Assembly (NCBI GenBank): GCA_963819655.1
Contig: CAWFXA010000002.1
Span: forward strand, 64,001-128,000
Origin: an uncultured Chloroflexia bacterium
GTDB lineage: Bacteria; Chloroflexota; Limnocylindria; Limnocylindrales; CSP1-4
DNA: 64,000 nt
Reading direction: 5' to 3'
The position numbers and the translations under genes are program-made. The notes beneath the pieces are model-generated. The model was not told the origin of the DNA. It saw only the letters and a list, made by a program, of their open reading frames with translations, and ran no database searches. Positions 10,193-19,998 of this stretch are shown here, piece by piece (the first letter of the stretch is position 1; each line of letters opens with the position of its first letter).

Positions 10193-10997
10193 ATGCACCA
10201 CTCGCCCGCCCGGCGGCGGCTGGCCATCGCCATGCGCGCCGCCCTGATCGCCACGTTCGCGATCACCGTCTTCGCTCCGTCAGCGAGCGCGACATCCGCA
10301 TCGACCGCGGAGTCCAGCATCATCGGCTGGATCAACAGTGCCCGATCGGCGCGCGGCCTCGTCCCGCTCAGATACGACGGCGATCTCGCCGCGATCTCGG
10401 GTCTCCGCGCCAGTCGGATGGCGTCAGCCAACGTGATGAGCCACACGATCGGCGGCAACCTCTCGTCGCAGCTCAATGCGTACAACGTGAACTGGTACCG
10501 CTACGGCGAGAACATCGGCTGGTCCACCGCAACGTGGCCGTCGACCTCCGGCCGAGCGATCTTCAACGCCTGGATGAACAGCTCCTCGCATCGGGCGCTG
10601 ATCCTGAGCAGCCGCTTCAACTACGTCGGCGTCGGCCTCGCCTATCGGTCGTCGGGCCACAAGACGTTCGGGTCGGCGGTGTTCGCCGAGACGTCCGACC
10701 ACACACGGGCGGTCGGACGGGTGACAGGCTCCTCCGCGATCCGGCGACGACGTGCGCTGGTCGTGGAGCGGCTACGACCCGCGGCTCCAGACCCACACCG
10801 CCGGACTGGCCCATTTCGACGTCCAGTACCGGATCAACTACGGGACGTGGGTGCTCCTCCGAAACAACACCTCGCAGACGTCCCTCAGCCTCGCCAACAG
10901 ATCCCACGGTCGGTCCTACTCGATCCGCGTGCGGGCCACCGACCGACGTGGCAATGTGGGTGCATGGAGCAGCGAGGCGCGTATCTGGGTCCCCTGA
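10193..10997 (+). CDS. Secreted CAP (SCP/TAPS) domain protein with C-terminal FN3-like domain (frame break near 10734)
   Basis: AAGGA RBS, signal peptide, CAP motifs INSARSARGLVPL, GENIG and WMNSSSHRALIL. After a +1 shift it continues VRWSW...FDVQYR...YSIRVRATDRRGNVGAWS. Confidence 0.85.
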
Positions 10998-11007
10998 CGA
11001 CCCAGCC

Positions 11008-12417
11008 ATGAGGCGGCACCCGTTCGCCGCCGTCAACCTCATCAGCGACCCGATCCACGGGTATATCGAACTCACGAAGCGGCTCTCGCCGTCGGAGTCG
11101 GCGGCCGCTGGACTGCCGGAAGAAGACGTCGCCGAGGAGGACCTCCTCGACACGGCGTGGCTCCAGCGGCTCCGCCGCATCAGTCAGCTCCAGAGTGCTC
11201 GGTGGGTCTTCCCGACCGCCGAGCACTCTCGATTCACCCACGGCCTCGGCGTCATGCACGAGGCCGGGCTGTGGGCCCGATCGCTGTATCCCAGCCTGCG
11301 AACCGCTTTGATCGCGGAAGGCGAGGCCGACATCCCGTCCGAGGGCCTGGTGACCGAGACCATGCGGATGGCTGGGCTGCTCCACGACGTCGGGCATGGG
11401 CCGTTCGCCCACTTCTTCGACGATCACGTGCTGTCGGCGTTCGAGGCTCCCGCAGATCCGCGCCGGCCCGACGCCAAGCGCCTGACGCACGAGGACCTGA
11501 GCGGCCGGATCATCGGTGAGCTCGGTGCGTCGCTACGCGGTCTGCGCCGGGCGCCGGGTGCCGTCGCCGAGCGGGACGCGCTGCGCGACGACGAGTCCAT
11601 CGACCCGGCGTGGGTCGCGTTCCTCATCGCGAAACCTGCCCTCAGCGATCCCGCGATGCCGCGCTGGGTCCGCTGGCTTGCGCCCCTCCTGTCCGGAGTC
11701 TTCACGGTCGACAACCTCGACTACGTGCGACGCGACGCGTACCTCACCGGGGTGACCGCGGGGCCGGTCGACGTCGAGCGGCTGCGCCGGTACACGTTCA
11801 TCGGCGGTGACGGACTCACGCTGTTCGAGCCGGGGCTCGGCGCGCTCGAGATGTTCCTGAGCGCAAGGCGATTCATGTACCAGCAGGTGTACTTCCACCG
11901 GACGGTCCGGGCCATCGACCTGGACCTCGCCGAGGTGTTCGGGTCGTCGATCCGGGCGATCTTCGGAGACGGCTCACCGGCCGATCGGCTGGCCGCCTAC
12001 GCCGACCTCGACGAGTACGCGCTGCTCCATCAGGCGGCGCGCTGGGCGCGTGGCCTCGACGTGGTGGAGCACGGCGGACGTGCGCCCGAGCCGGGCGACG
12101 GCCGGGTGGCGCCGGAGCTCGCCGCCGCGTGGCGGGCGATCCTGCTCCGCCAGCCGACCTGGCGATCCGAGGCCGAGGTACGTGCTGAATACGAGGCAGG
12201 CGATCCGCCCCGTGCTGTCATCGAGTCGCTGGGCGAAGCGGAACCGGGCCGGGTTGCGATCGACCTCGCGGTCATCGACGCCCGCCCGGCCGACGCGACC
12301 GCCACCGACCGCCTCCTCGCGCTCGAGGGCCGGGATGGCTCTGCGATGTCGCTGTCGAGGTCGCTCGGGTCGATCCCCGCCTACTGGCTGGTCGGCCGGC
12401 GCTACCGCCGCCGCTGA
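11008..12417 (+). CDS. HD-domain phosphohydrolase, dNTP triphosphohydrolase (SAMHD1/EF1143-like) family
   Basis: DPIHGYI, LQRLRRISQL, HSRFTHGLGVMH, LLHDVGHGPFAH, DNLDYVRRD, RRFMYQQVYFHRT. Confidence 0.9.
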   Translation: MRRHPFAAVNLISDPIHGYIELTKRLSPSESAAAGLPEEDVAEEDLLDTAWLQRLRRISQLQSARWVFPTAEHSRFTHGLGVMHEAGLWARSLYPSLRTALIAEGEADIPSEGLVTETMRMAGLLHDVGHGPFAHFFDDHVLSAFEAPADPRRPDAKRLTHEDLSGRIIGELGASLRGLRRAPGAVAERDALRDDESIDPAWVAFLIAKPALSDPAMPRWVRWLAPLLSGVFTVDNLDYVRRDAYLTGVTAGPVDVERLRRYTFIGGDGLTLFEPGLGALEMFLSARRFMYQQVYFHRTVRAIDLDLAEVFGSSIRAIFGDGSPADRLAAYADLDEYALLHQAARWARGLDVVEHGGRAPEPGDGRVAPELAAAWRAILLRQPTWRSEAEVRAEYEAGDPPRAVIESLGEAEPGRVAIDLAVIDARPADATATDRLLALEGRDGSAMSLSRSLGSIPAYWLVGRRYRRR

Positions 12418-12454
12418 GTTCCGTGCCGCTGACGCTGGCTTTCGGAGCTCCGCG

Positions 12455-12607
12455 CATTCGTTCCGGTTCCGTCACTAGGGCTGACATCGTCACTGTCAGT
12501 GACGAAACGCCCACGGCCGTGCACGGTCGATCGCCCATCCGACAGTCCGCCGTAGTCTGGGCGATCGGCGGACGCTCATTCGTTGCGGTTCCGTCACTGA
12601 GGCTGAC
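12455..12607. repeat. Composite direct/inverted repeat (REPIN-like) downstream of the nuclease gene
   Basis: 31-bp direct repeat CATTCGTT(C/G)CGGTTCCGTCACT(AG/GA)GGCTGAC at 12455 and 12577 (28/31 identical). Palindrome CGTCACTGTCAGTGACG at 12488-12504. Inner stem CGATCGCCCA/TGGGCGATCG. Confidence 0.8.
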
Positions 12608-12618
12608 CGGCGGACGCG

Positions 12619-13395
12619 TCAGGAAGCAAATCGCCGGGCCGCGTCTGCGTAATCGCGATATGGCGCCGGGCTCCGGCGCCCATCCAACCGCGTGGGGATC
12701 AGCCACGCTGCTCGTCGACTCGACGGGTCGATCAGCGCCAAGCCCCGATGCGGATCAAGACTTGGTATGCCATCCAGGACGGCCCGCATCTCGGTCGCTC
12801 GCATACGAAACCCTTCTCGGAGAAGGTCTCGGTCGCGACCGATGGCGTTCTCGACCTCGTCGGATTGCAGCAGCAACAGCCAGCTCACGACGCCTGACGG
12901 TCGCCACCCGAACCTGGCCACCGCGACCGCCGGTGCGGAGCGTTCGTACCACGCGATCTGCCGCTCGATGGCGCCAAGGTCATCCAGACGCGTCTTGATC
13001 TCGACGATCACGAGCGTGCGCGACCCCGGATGGAATGCGAGGAGGTCGATCCATCCGTGGGACCGTGCGTGCACGATCTCGACTTCTCGGGCGACCAGCC
13101 ACCCGCCTGACCCAAGGCGTCGGCCCACGTAGCCCGAGCATCGCGAGTGGACGACGCTCGTCGATCGCGGATCGACGACGACGGGTCGGTGGCCGACGAG
13201 CTCCAGATCGAGTCCTAGTGAATTGCCGATCCGCATGACCACGTCCAGCGATGGGTTGACCTTGCCCGCTTCGATCCCTGCGATGTACGAGCGCGACACC
13301 CCGACGACTGTCGCGAGTTCCTCCTGCGTGATGTCCAGCATGACGCGAGTCTCACGACAGAGGCGGGCGAAGCTCATCCGGAGTGGGTTCGGCAT
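12619..13395 (-). CDS. XRE-family HTH fused to a PD-(D/E)XK nuclease-like domain
   Basis: ITQEELATVVGVSRSYIAGIEAGKVNPSL (HTH_3), then EVEI...GWIDLLAFH...VIVEIKT (PD-(D/E)XK core). Start chosen at MPNPLR. Confidence 0.82.
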   Translation of the reverse strand: MPNPLRMSFARLCRETRVMLDITQEELATVVGVSRSYIAGIEAGKVNPSLDVVMRIGNSLGLDLELVGHRPVVVDPRSTSVVHSRCSGYVGRRLGSGGWLVAREVEIVHARSHGWIDLLAFHPGSRTLVIVEIKTRLDDLGAIERQIAWYERSAPAVAVARFGWRPSGVVSWLLLLQSDEVENAIGRDRDLLREGFRMRATEMRAVLDGIPSLDPHRGLALIDPSSRRAAWLIPTRLDGRRSPAPYRDYADAARRFAS

Positions 13396-13483
13396 CGTGG
13401 CAGTCAAGCACCAACCGATTGCCTGGCGATAAACCGAGTCACGGACACGCGGCCACCGACGGTATGCGACTCTGGTAGGCGCC

Positions 13484-14273
13484 ATGACTGACACCTCGCG
13501 ACCACCGATGGACGCTCCGGCATCCGCCTACGACCGGCGGTGGATCGCCACGCACCTCGCCGAGGAGCGCCAGGAAAGCTCCCTCCTCGGTGAGATCCGC
13601 GAGGTGGTGTTCGGCCTGCAGGACGGCCTGGTCTCGACGCTGGCCGTGGTGGCCACCGTCGCCGGCGCGTCGGGGCAGGCCTTTCCGGTCATCGTCGCCG
13701 GTATCGCCAGCGGCCTGGCCGGCGTGTTCTCGATGGCGGCCGGCGAGTACATCGGCAGCAAGAGCCAGCGTGAGATCTTCGACGCCCAGATCCACGAGGA
13801 GCGCCACGAGGTCGAGGAGCGGCCCGGTGAGGCCGAGGCCGAGGTAGCGTTCATGCTCACCGAGGAGGGCCTCGAGCGAGGAGGAGGCGGCTCGGATCGC
13901 CGCTCTGATGGCAAGCCATCCCGAGGTCCTCCTGCGCACGATGGTGACGCGCGAGCTCGGCATCCAGGTCGACGAGCATGGCGGCAGCGTCCTCCGTGGG
14001 GCGCTGTTCATGGGAGCGGCGTTCGGCCTGGGCGCGCTGGTCCCGATCCTGCCCTTCCTGCTCCTCCCGATCGGCATGGCGATCCCGACCGCAGTGGTCG
14101 CCACAGGGCTTGTCCTGTTCGGCATCGGCGTCGTGAAGAGTCGCTGGACTCATCGCTCCGCGTTGTCGTCCGGTCTCGAGGTCCTGATGCTGGCGGCCGT
14201 GGCCGGCATCGCCGGCTACCTCTTCGGGACCGTGCTGCCGCAGCTGCTCGGAGTCGCCGGGATCGCGGCGTAG
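13484..14273 (+). CDS. VIT1/CCC1 family iron/manganese exporter (frame break near 13880)
   Basis: IREVVFGLQDGLVSTL, AGVFSMAAGEYIG. C-terminal TM half lies in ORF 13908-14273. Confidence 0.88.
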
Positions 14274-14275
14274 CC

Positions 14276-16973
14276 CTAGCCGACCTTCGCGCCGCCGGGC
14301 GGTGCCTGCCGGATCGCCGCGAGCACCCGATCCGGCGTCGCAGGCACGACATCGATCCGGACGCCGATCGCGTCGCGGATCGCGCCGAGGATCGCCGGTG
14401 CGGTCGGGATCAACGCGGGCTCGCCGACGCCCTTCGCGCCATACGGTCCGGTCGGCTCGGCGTCCTCGATGAGGTGGCACTCGATCGGCGGTACGTCGCC
14501 GATGGTCGGGATCAGGTAGTCGTGGAGGTTGTCGGTCCGGCCGGCGTGGTACTCCTCCATGAGCGCGAAGCCGAGACCCTGCGCGATCCCACCGTGGATC
14601 TGCCCCTCGACCAGCATCGGGTTGATCGCCCGCCCGACGTCGTGCGCCGCCACGATCCGGCGGACGACGGTCGTCCCGAGCTCGATATCGACGTCGACGA
14701 CCGCGATCTGGGCGCCGAACCCGTACGTCTCGTACGGGATGCCCTGTCCGTCGGCATCGAGTGGCGTCGTCCGCGGGTCGTAGGTGCCGGTGCCGAGGAG
14801 GATGCACCCCTCGACATCGACCGGCAGCGCGGAGAGGTCCGGCCCGGCCATCTCGATCCGGCGCAGCAGGTCCGCGGCGGCGAGCTTCGTCGCGTTGCCC
14901 GACACGAACGTCTGGCGGGATGCTGACGTCTTGCCTGCGTCGGCGGTCCGGTCGGTGTCGCCGGCGACGAGATCGATGGAGGCCACCGGCGTCTCGAGCG
15001 CATCCGCCGCGATCTGGGTGAGGATCGTGTTCGAGCCCTGCCCGATATCCTGCGCGCCGCTGAACAGGACGTACGACCCGTCGGGTCGCAGGCCGATCCG
15101 GATCGTCGACGGGTTGGTCAGCGACGTGTTGCCGATGCCGTACCACATCGCCCCGATGCCGATGCCCCGACGGATCGGGCTGCCGTCGGCGGCGGCGACC
15201 CGCGTTGTGGTGTCGGGCGTCCTCCGTCCCCTCGACCCAGGCCGGGCGCAGGGCCTCGAGGCAGGGCACCAGGCCTGCGCTTGCGGCGAGCACCTGGCCG
15301 GTCGCCGTCGTCGACCCGGCTCGCAGCGCGTTGCGGAGCCGGATCTCGAGGCGATCGATGCCGAGCTCCGCCGCGACGTCGTCGACGAGGGCCTCGCCGG
15401 CGATCGCGGACTGGGGCACGCCGAAACCGCGGAAGGCACCGCAGATCGGGCCGTTCGTATAGATCGCCCGGGTCGTCGCCCGAACGGCCGGCACCTCGTA
15501 CGGCCCCGAGGCATGCACCGGGACGCGGTTGGCGACCGTCGGGCCCCAGGAGGCGTACGCGCCGGTATCGAAATCGCCGTGGAACGTCAGGGCCGTGAAC
15601 CGGCCGTCGGCGTCCGCACCGAGCGACGCGGTCATGCGCGCCGGGTGCCGCTTGGTCGTCGAGCGCATCGACTCCGGGCGGGTGTAGACGCAGCGGACCG
15701 GGCGGTCGAGAAGCCACGCGGCCACCGCGATCATCGGTTGGAGGGACAGGTCGAGCTTCCCGCCGAAGCCGCCGCCGCAAGCGGTCGGGACCACGCGCAC
15801 CCGGTCCGGCGCGAGCCCGAGGATCAGCGCGATCTCGTCGCGGTCCATGTATGGCGTCTGGGTCGACGCAACGACCTCGATCCGGTTGCCGTCGCGTCGC
15901 GCATAACCGGCCTCCGGTTCGATGTAGGCATGCTCGAGGTGACCCGTCTGGAACGTCCCGGTCGCCACGATCGTGGAGGCGGCCAGCCCCGTGTCCACGT
16001 CTCCGCGCACGACCCGGCCGCTCGTCAGGACGTTGCTGGGAAACGCGTCGTGGAACTGGGTCGTGCCGGGGGCCGCGGCGACCGCCGGGTCGAGGATCGG
16101 CTCCAGCGGCACCCAGTCGATCGGGAGGTCGCCATCATCGATGCGCCCGATCGTCTCGGCGTCGCCGACCAGGGCCGCGATCGCCTCGCCGCGGAACCGG
16201 ACGTACCCGTCTGCGAGGACCGGCTGGTCCTTGCCTGTCGCATAGATCCCGTAGAGGTTCTGGCCGGGCACGTCCCCGGCCACGAGCACCCGCACGAGCC
16301 CAGGGTTGGCGGCATGAAGCGGCGCGAGGTCGCCGATCGTGAAGCGCGCGTGGGCATGGGGCGACCGAACCGCCCGCAGATGTAGTACATCGATGGGCGC
16401 GCGATCCGCGCCGAAGGACGTCGTGCCGGTGACCTGGTCGATCCCGTCGACGCGGGCGATCCGCGCCCCGACCGCGGCACCCGTCGGCACCGGCGGGGTG
16501 TCCTCGTTCGCGCCCGCGTCGACCGCGGCCTCGACGATCTTGCGATAGCCGGTGCAGCGGCACAGGACGCCGCCGAGCGCATCCATGACCTCGGTCTCGG
16601 TCGGGTGCGCCCGCGTCGCGAGGAGGGCATCGGCGGCCATCAGCATGCCCGGCGTGCAGATCCCGCATTGCGCCGCGCCGGTCCGCAGGAACGCGGCCTG
16701 GATCGGGCGCAAGGAGTCGCCGGAGGCGAGGCCCTCGACGGTGTCGACCGCGCGGCCGTCCAGCTGACCGAGCGGGACGAGACAGGCGCACACGGGGTCG
16801 CCGTCCAGGCGAACCGTGCAGGCGCCGCAATCGCCGGCATCACAGCCGACCTTCGTGCCGGTCAGAGCAAGGTCGTCGCGCAGGACTTCGCTGAGCCGCC
16901 GCATCGGGTCGCCCTCGACCGCGACATCCTGGCCGTTGACCCTGAAGGTCGTCGGTCGGGTCGGCACGTCCAT
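14276..16973 (-). CDS. Molybdenum hydroxylase, fused 2x[2Fe-2S] and molybdopterin-binding subunit, nicotinate dehydrogenase (NdhS-L-M)-like (frame break near 15200)
   Basis: GTKVGCDAGDCGACTV, QCGICTPG, LCRCTGY, GGGFGGK, GAFRGFGVPQ, RGIGIGAMWYGIGNT (NdhM-like), DIGQG, GAKGVGEP. Confidence 0.9.
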
Positions 16974-17809
16974 CACGCGAGCACCTGCGCGACCGCGCGC
17001 CGCACCAGGGTCAGCGCAGCGTCGCGTCGGTACGCCGCCGTGGCGCGCACGTCGTCGATCGGGCTGAGGTCGGCCAGATCGGCCGCCGTGATCTCGTCGG
17101 CGAGCGCCGCCGCCGGCATCTGTCCCACCAGTCGTACCTCGGCCGCACCGACCCGCTGCGGCACTTCGGAGCACGCGCCCACCACGATCCGTGCCCTCGA
17201 GATCGCACCGTCGCCGCCTCGCTCCACCACGACCGCCACCATCGCGATCGAGATCACGAGATACGCGCGCGACCCGAGCTTGAGGAACGCCGACCGGGCC
17301 GAAGCCGCAGGGCGTGGCACGAGGACTGCCGTGACCAGTTCGTCCCGCCGCAGGGTCGTCCGGCGATTGCCGACCACGAACGCGCCGACCGGCACTTCCC
17401 GCCGGCCCGCGGCCGAGACCAGCTCGACGCGTGCGTCGAGCGCCATGAGGTTCGGCAGCCCGTCGGCGGCAGGCGAGGCGTTGCACAGGTTCCCGGCGAC
17501 CGTGCCACGGTGCTGGATCTGGACGCCACCCACGGCGCGCGCCGCCGCCTTCAGACCATCGAAGGCGGGCGGCAGGTCGGCACGGATCACGTCGGTCCAC
17601 GTCGCGAGCGCGGGGATCCGGATCACATCGTCGGTAGCGACGATGGCCCGCAGCTCGGGCAACGCCGTCACGTCCAGGATGTCGTCGCCGACCCACCGTC
17701 CGACCCGAGCCGGATAGATGTCGGTGCCACCGGCGAGCATCGTCCGCGGACGCTCGGCCAGCGCCGCCAGCGCATCCTCAAGGCTGTTCGGTCGCAGGTA
17801 GCTGGCCAT
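16973..17809 (-). CDS. Molybdenum hydroxylase FAD-binding subunit (NdhF/CoxM-like)
   Basis: YLRPNSLEDAL, LAGGTD, VGGVQIQHRGTVAGNLCNASPAAD, SPIDDVRATAAYRR. Confidence 0.93.
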   Translation of the reverse strand: MASYLRPNSLEDALAALAERPRTMLAGGTDIYPARVGRWVGDDILDVTALPELRAIVATDDVIRIPALATWTDVIRADLPPAFDGLKAAARAVGGVQIQHRGTVAGNLCNASPAADGLPNLMALDARVELVSAAGRREVPVGAFVVGNRRTTLRRDELVTAVLVPRPAASARSAFLKLGSRAYLVISIAMVAVVVERGGDGAISRARIVVGACSEVPQRVGAAEVRLVGQMPAAALADEITAADLADLSPIDDVRATAAYRRDAALTLVRRAVAQVLA

Positions 17810-17817
17810 CGGACCGG

Positions 17818-18801
17818 TCAGTCGCGGACGAGCGGTAGCACGTCGGAGGCGATCCGCTCGAGGGCGTCCGGGCTCCAGTCGAGCGGGTTGAGGATGACGT
17901 GCTCCACGCCACCGAGCGCCTCGATCTTGCCGCGGATCCGCTCAGCCAGGGCGTCGGCCTCGCCGAGGAGATAGAACTCCTGCCAGTAGTCGAGATCCAT
18001 GCCGGAGAAGGTGCGGAACTTGGCTGCGGCACTGTCCGGCGATTCGCCCGGCCCGAGGACGTGGATGAAGTTCGAGTAGACCTTGGTCATCTGGTCGGGG
18101 TTCCGCCCGAAGCCCGCCATCTCCTCCTGGATGATCGCCCAGTCGCCGGCCACCATGTCCGCGGTCGCCGACGAGTGCGGCACCCACGTCGATGCGTACT
18201 TGGCGATGCGGCGCAGCACGGGGCGGATGGTGTCGACCTGTTGGCCGTAGATCTTCTCGGACGGCTGCGTGCCACCGCCGATCCAGATCGGTGGATGAGG
18301 CCGCTGGACCGGCTTGGGCTCGATCGTCAGGTCAGCGAACCGATAGAACTGGCCCTCGTACGTGACGTTGTCGCCGGCCCACAGCGCGGTGATCGCTTCG
18401 AGCATCTCGTTCATGCGGCGGCCGCGTTCACGGAACGGGATGCGCAGCGCCGCGAACTCCCCTTCGTGCCAACCGACGCCGACACCGAGGATCGAGCGGC
18501 CGCCGGACAGGACGTCGAGCGTCGCCCACTCCTTCGCGAACGCGACGGGGTCGCGGAACGGGAGAACCAGCACCAGGGTCCCGAGGCGCATCGTCCGGGT
18601 CACGCCGGCCAGTGCGGACAACAGCGAGATCGGCTCGAGCCAGGTCGTTCGATAGGCGGGCGGGGCGACGAGTAGATGGTCGATCAGGACCGCGCTTTCG
18701 AAGCCGAGGTCCTCCGCTCGTCGGAGATACGCACCCATGTCCAGGAGACTCGCCGTGTCGTCCCCGAGCGCGAAGCTCGGCAGCCGTAGGCCGAACCGCA
18801 T
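17818..18801 (-). CDS. LLM-class (luciferase-like) oxidoreductase, probably F420-dependent (Rv2161c-like)
   Basis: MRFGLRLP, AEDLGFES..IDH, LGTLVLVLPFRDP..AKEWATLDVLSGGR, PHPPIWIGG. Start overlaps the enamidase stop. Confidence 0.9.
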   Translation of the reverse strand: MRFGLRLPSFALGDDTASLLDMGAYLRRAEDLGFESAVLIDHLLVAPPAYRTTWLEPISLLSALAGVTRTMRLGTLVLVLPFRDPVAFAKEWATLDVLSGGRSILGVGVGWHEGEFAALRIPFRERGRRMNEMLEAITALWAGDNVTYEGQFYRFADLTIEPKPVQRPHPPIWIGGGTQPSEKIYGQQVDTIRPVLRRIAKYASTWVPHSSATADMVAGDWAIIQEEMAGFGRNPDQMTKVYSNFIHVLGPGESPDSAAAKFRTFSGMDLDYWQEFYLLGEADALAERIRGKIEALGGVEHVILNPLDWSPDALERIASDVLPLVRD

Positions 18802-19988
18802 CAGTGCCCGCCCGCGCGGACCGGGGGTCCGGTGACGACCTCGGCGATCCGCCCCGCCGGCGCCGTATTGCGACTGCGCCCGATCAGCGGCACGCCGTCG
18901 ACGATCACCATCGAGACGCCGGGGAGGTCCCCGGTCGCGAGCGCCTCGAGGGCCGTCGAGCCGACGCTGCCGATGGGCGCATCCACGATGCACAGGTCGG
19001 CGACCCGACCAGGGGCGATGACACCGATATCCAGACCGTGGACGCGCGCCGTATTGCCGGTCGCAAGGGCGACGACGGTCTCTGGCGGGACGCCACCGAT
19101 CGACGCGAGATGGGCCATCAGCCGGAGGATGCCAAGCGGCACGACGCCCGTCCCCGACGGGGCATCGTTGCCGAGGATGACGCGGGCCAAGGCACCGGCA
19201 TCCGAGGCCTTGCGCAACGCCACCAGCGCGGTCCGGCCGTTCCCGCAGTGCACGAGCTCGAGCGCGATGCCGGTGTCGGCTGCGACGAGGCGATCGATGT
19301 CGGCCTCCGGGAGCGATGTCGTGCCGCCGTTGATGTGGCCGGCGATGTGAGGGTTCGCCTCGAGGACGGCATCCGCCCCGATCGCCCCCGACCCGGGTAG
19401 CGACGGGCCGCCGGTGTGGTAGGTCGACACCATGCCATGGGCGCGGCCCCACGCGACCATCGGGGCTGCGTCGGCGCCGGTCTTGACCGACCCGAGCCCG
19501 ATCTCGCCGATGAGCCGCACGCCGCCAGCGGCCATCTCGGCAAAGTCTGCCTCGACCAGTCCCTGCTCGAGGATCGGAGCGCCCGCCCGCACCTTGACCC
19601 CACCGGGGCGGAACGTCGCATACGCGCGAGCGATCGCGATGGCCAGTGACTTGAGCCCGACGATGTCCTTGGGACGGCCTGGCACGTGCGGTTCGCCGGC
19701 CGAGATCATCGTCGTGACCCCGCCGTGGAGCGACGACTCGATGAAGTCGACGGTCCGCTGGCGGGGCGTGAAGTCACCCACGACCGGGTGGGCGTGCGAG
19801 TCGATGAGGCCGGGGATGACGGTCGTCCCTTTCGCGTCGATGACGACGTCCGCGTCGCCCCGATCACCCACGCCATAGCCGACGGCATCGATCAGGCCGT
19901 CGACGATCGAGATCGAGTCGCCATCGATGAGCGGCGCGTCGATGTCGCCCGAGACGATCCGGCCGATGCCGGTGATCAGCGTCTGCAC
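18801..19988 (-). CDS. ena: Enamidase (amidohydrolase of nicotinate catabolism)
   Basis: Matches my recollection of Eubacterium barkeri enamidase along its length: IVSGDI, PGLIDSHAH, PRQRTVDFIESSLHGGVTTMISAG, GRPKD, HTGG, HINGG, GNDAPSGTG, SRNT. Confidence 0.88.
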   Translation of the reverse strand: MQTLITGIGRIVSGDIDAPLIDGDSISIVDGLIDAVGYGVGDRGDADVVIDAKGTTVIPGLIDSHAHPVVGDFTPRQRTVDFIESSLHGGVTTMISAGEPHVPGRPKDIVGLKSLAIAIARAYATFRPGGVKVRAGAPILEQGLVEADFAEMAAGGVRLIGEIGLGSVKTGADAAPMVAWGRAHGMVSTYHTGGPSLPGSGAIGADAVLEANPHIAGHINGGTTSLPEADIDRLVAADTGIALELVHCGNGRTALVALRKASDAGALARVILGNDAPSGTGVVPLGILRLMAHLASIGGVPPETVVALATGNTARVHGLDIGVIAPGRVADLCIVDAPIGSVGSTALEALATGDLPGVSMVIVDGVPLIGRSRNTAPAGRIAEVVTGPPVRAGGH

Positions 19989-19998
19989 AACGGGCGCC

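Noticed and set aside
8698-12417. 1239-aa ORF suggesting a WYL-HD dNTPase fusion
   Set aside because: The ~300-aa middle is Arg/Pro-rich off-frame translation of the CAP gene, which has its own RBS and signal peptide. Continuity depends on a missing WYL stop and on the CAP indel, so it is most likely a consensus artefact. Read-level polishing would settle it.
12455-12607. 31-bp direct repeats as a mini CRISPR array
   Set aside because: Only two copies, a 91-bp self-complementary spacer and no cas genes.
15190-15210. Frame break in the Mo-hydroxylase at about the NdhL/NdhM junction (split gene or programmed frameshift?)
   Set aside because: There is no stop/start pair or slippery heptamer. 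One extra G in a G-run restores the frame, matching other indels in the window.
13857-17696. 1279-aa ORF and other long overlapping ORFs (e.g. 7526-9358, 1953-3473, 49918-51795)
   Set aside because: Stop-poor alternative frames typical of high-GC DNA. Outside the recognised domains they have no motifs and show Arg/Pro/Gly-biased composition.
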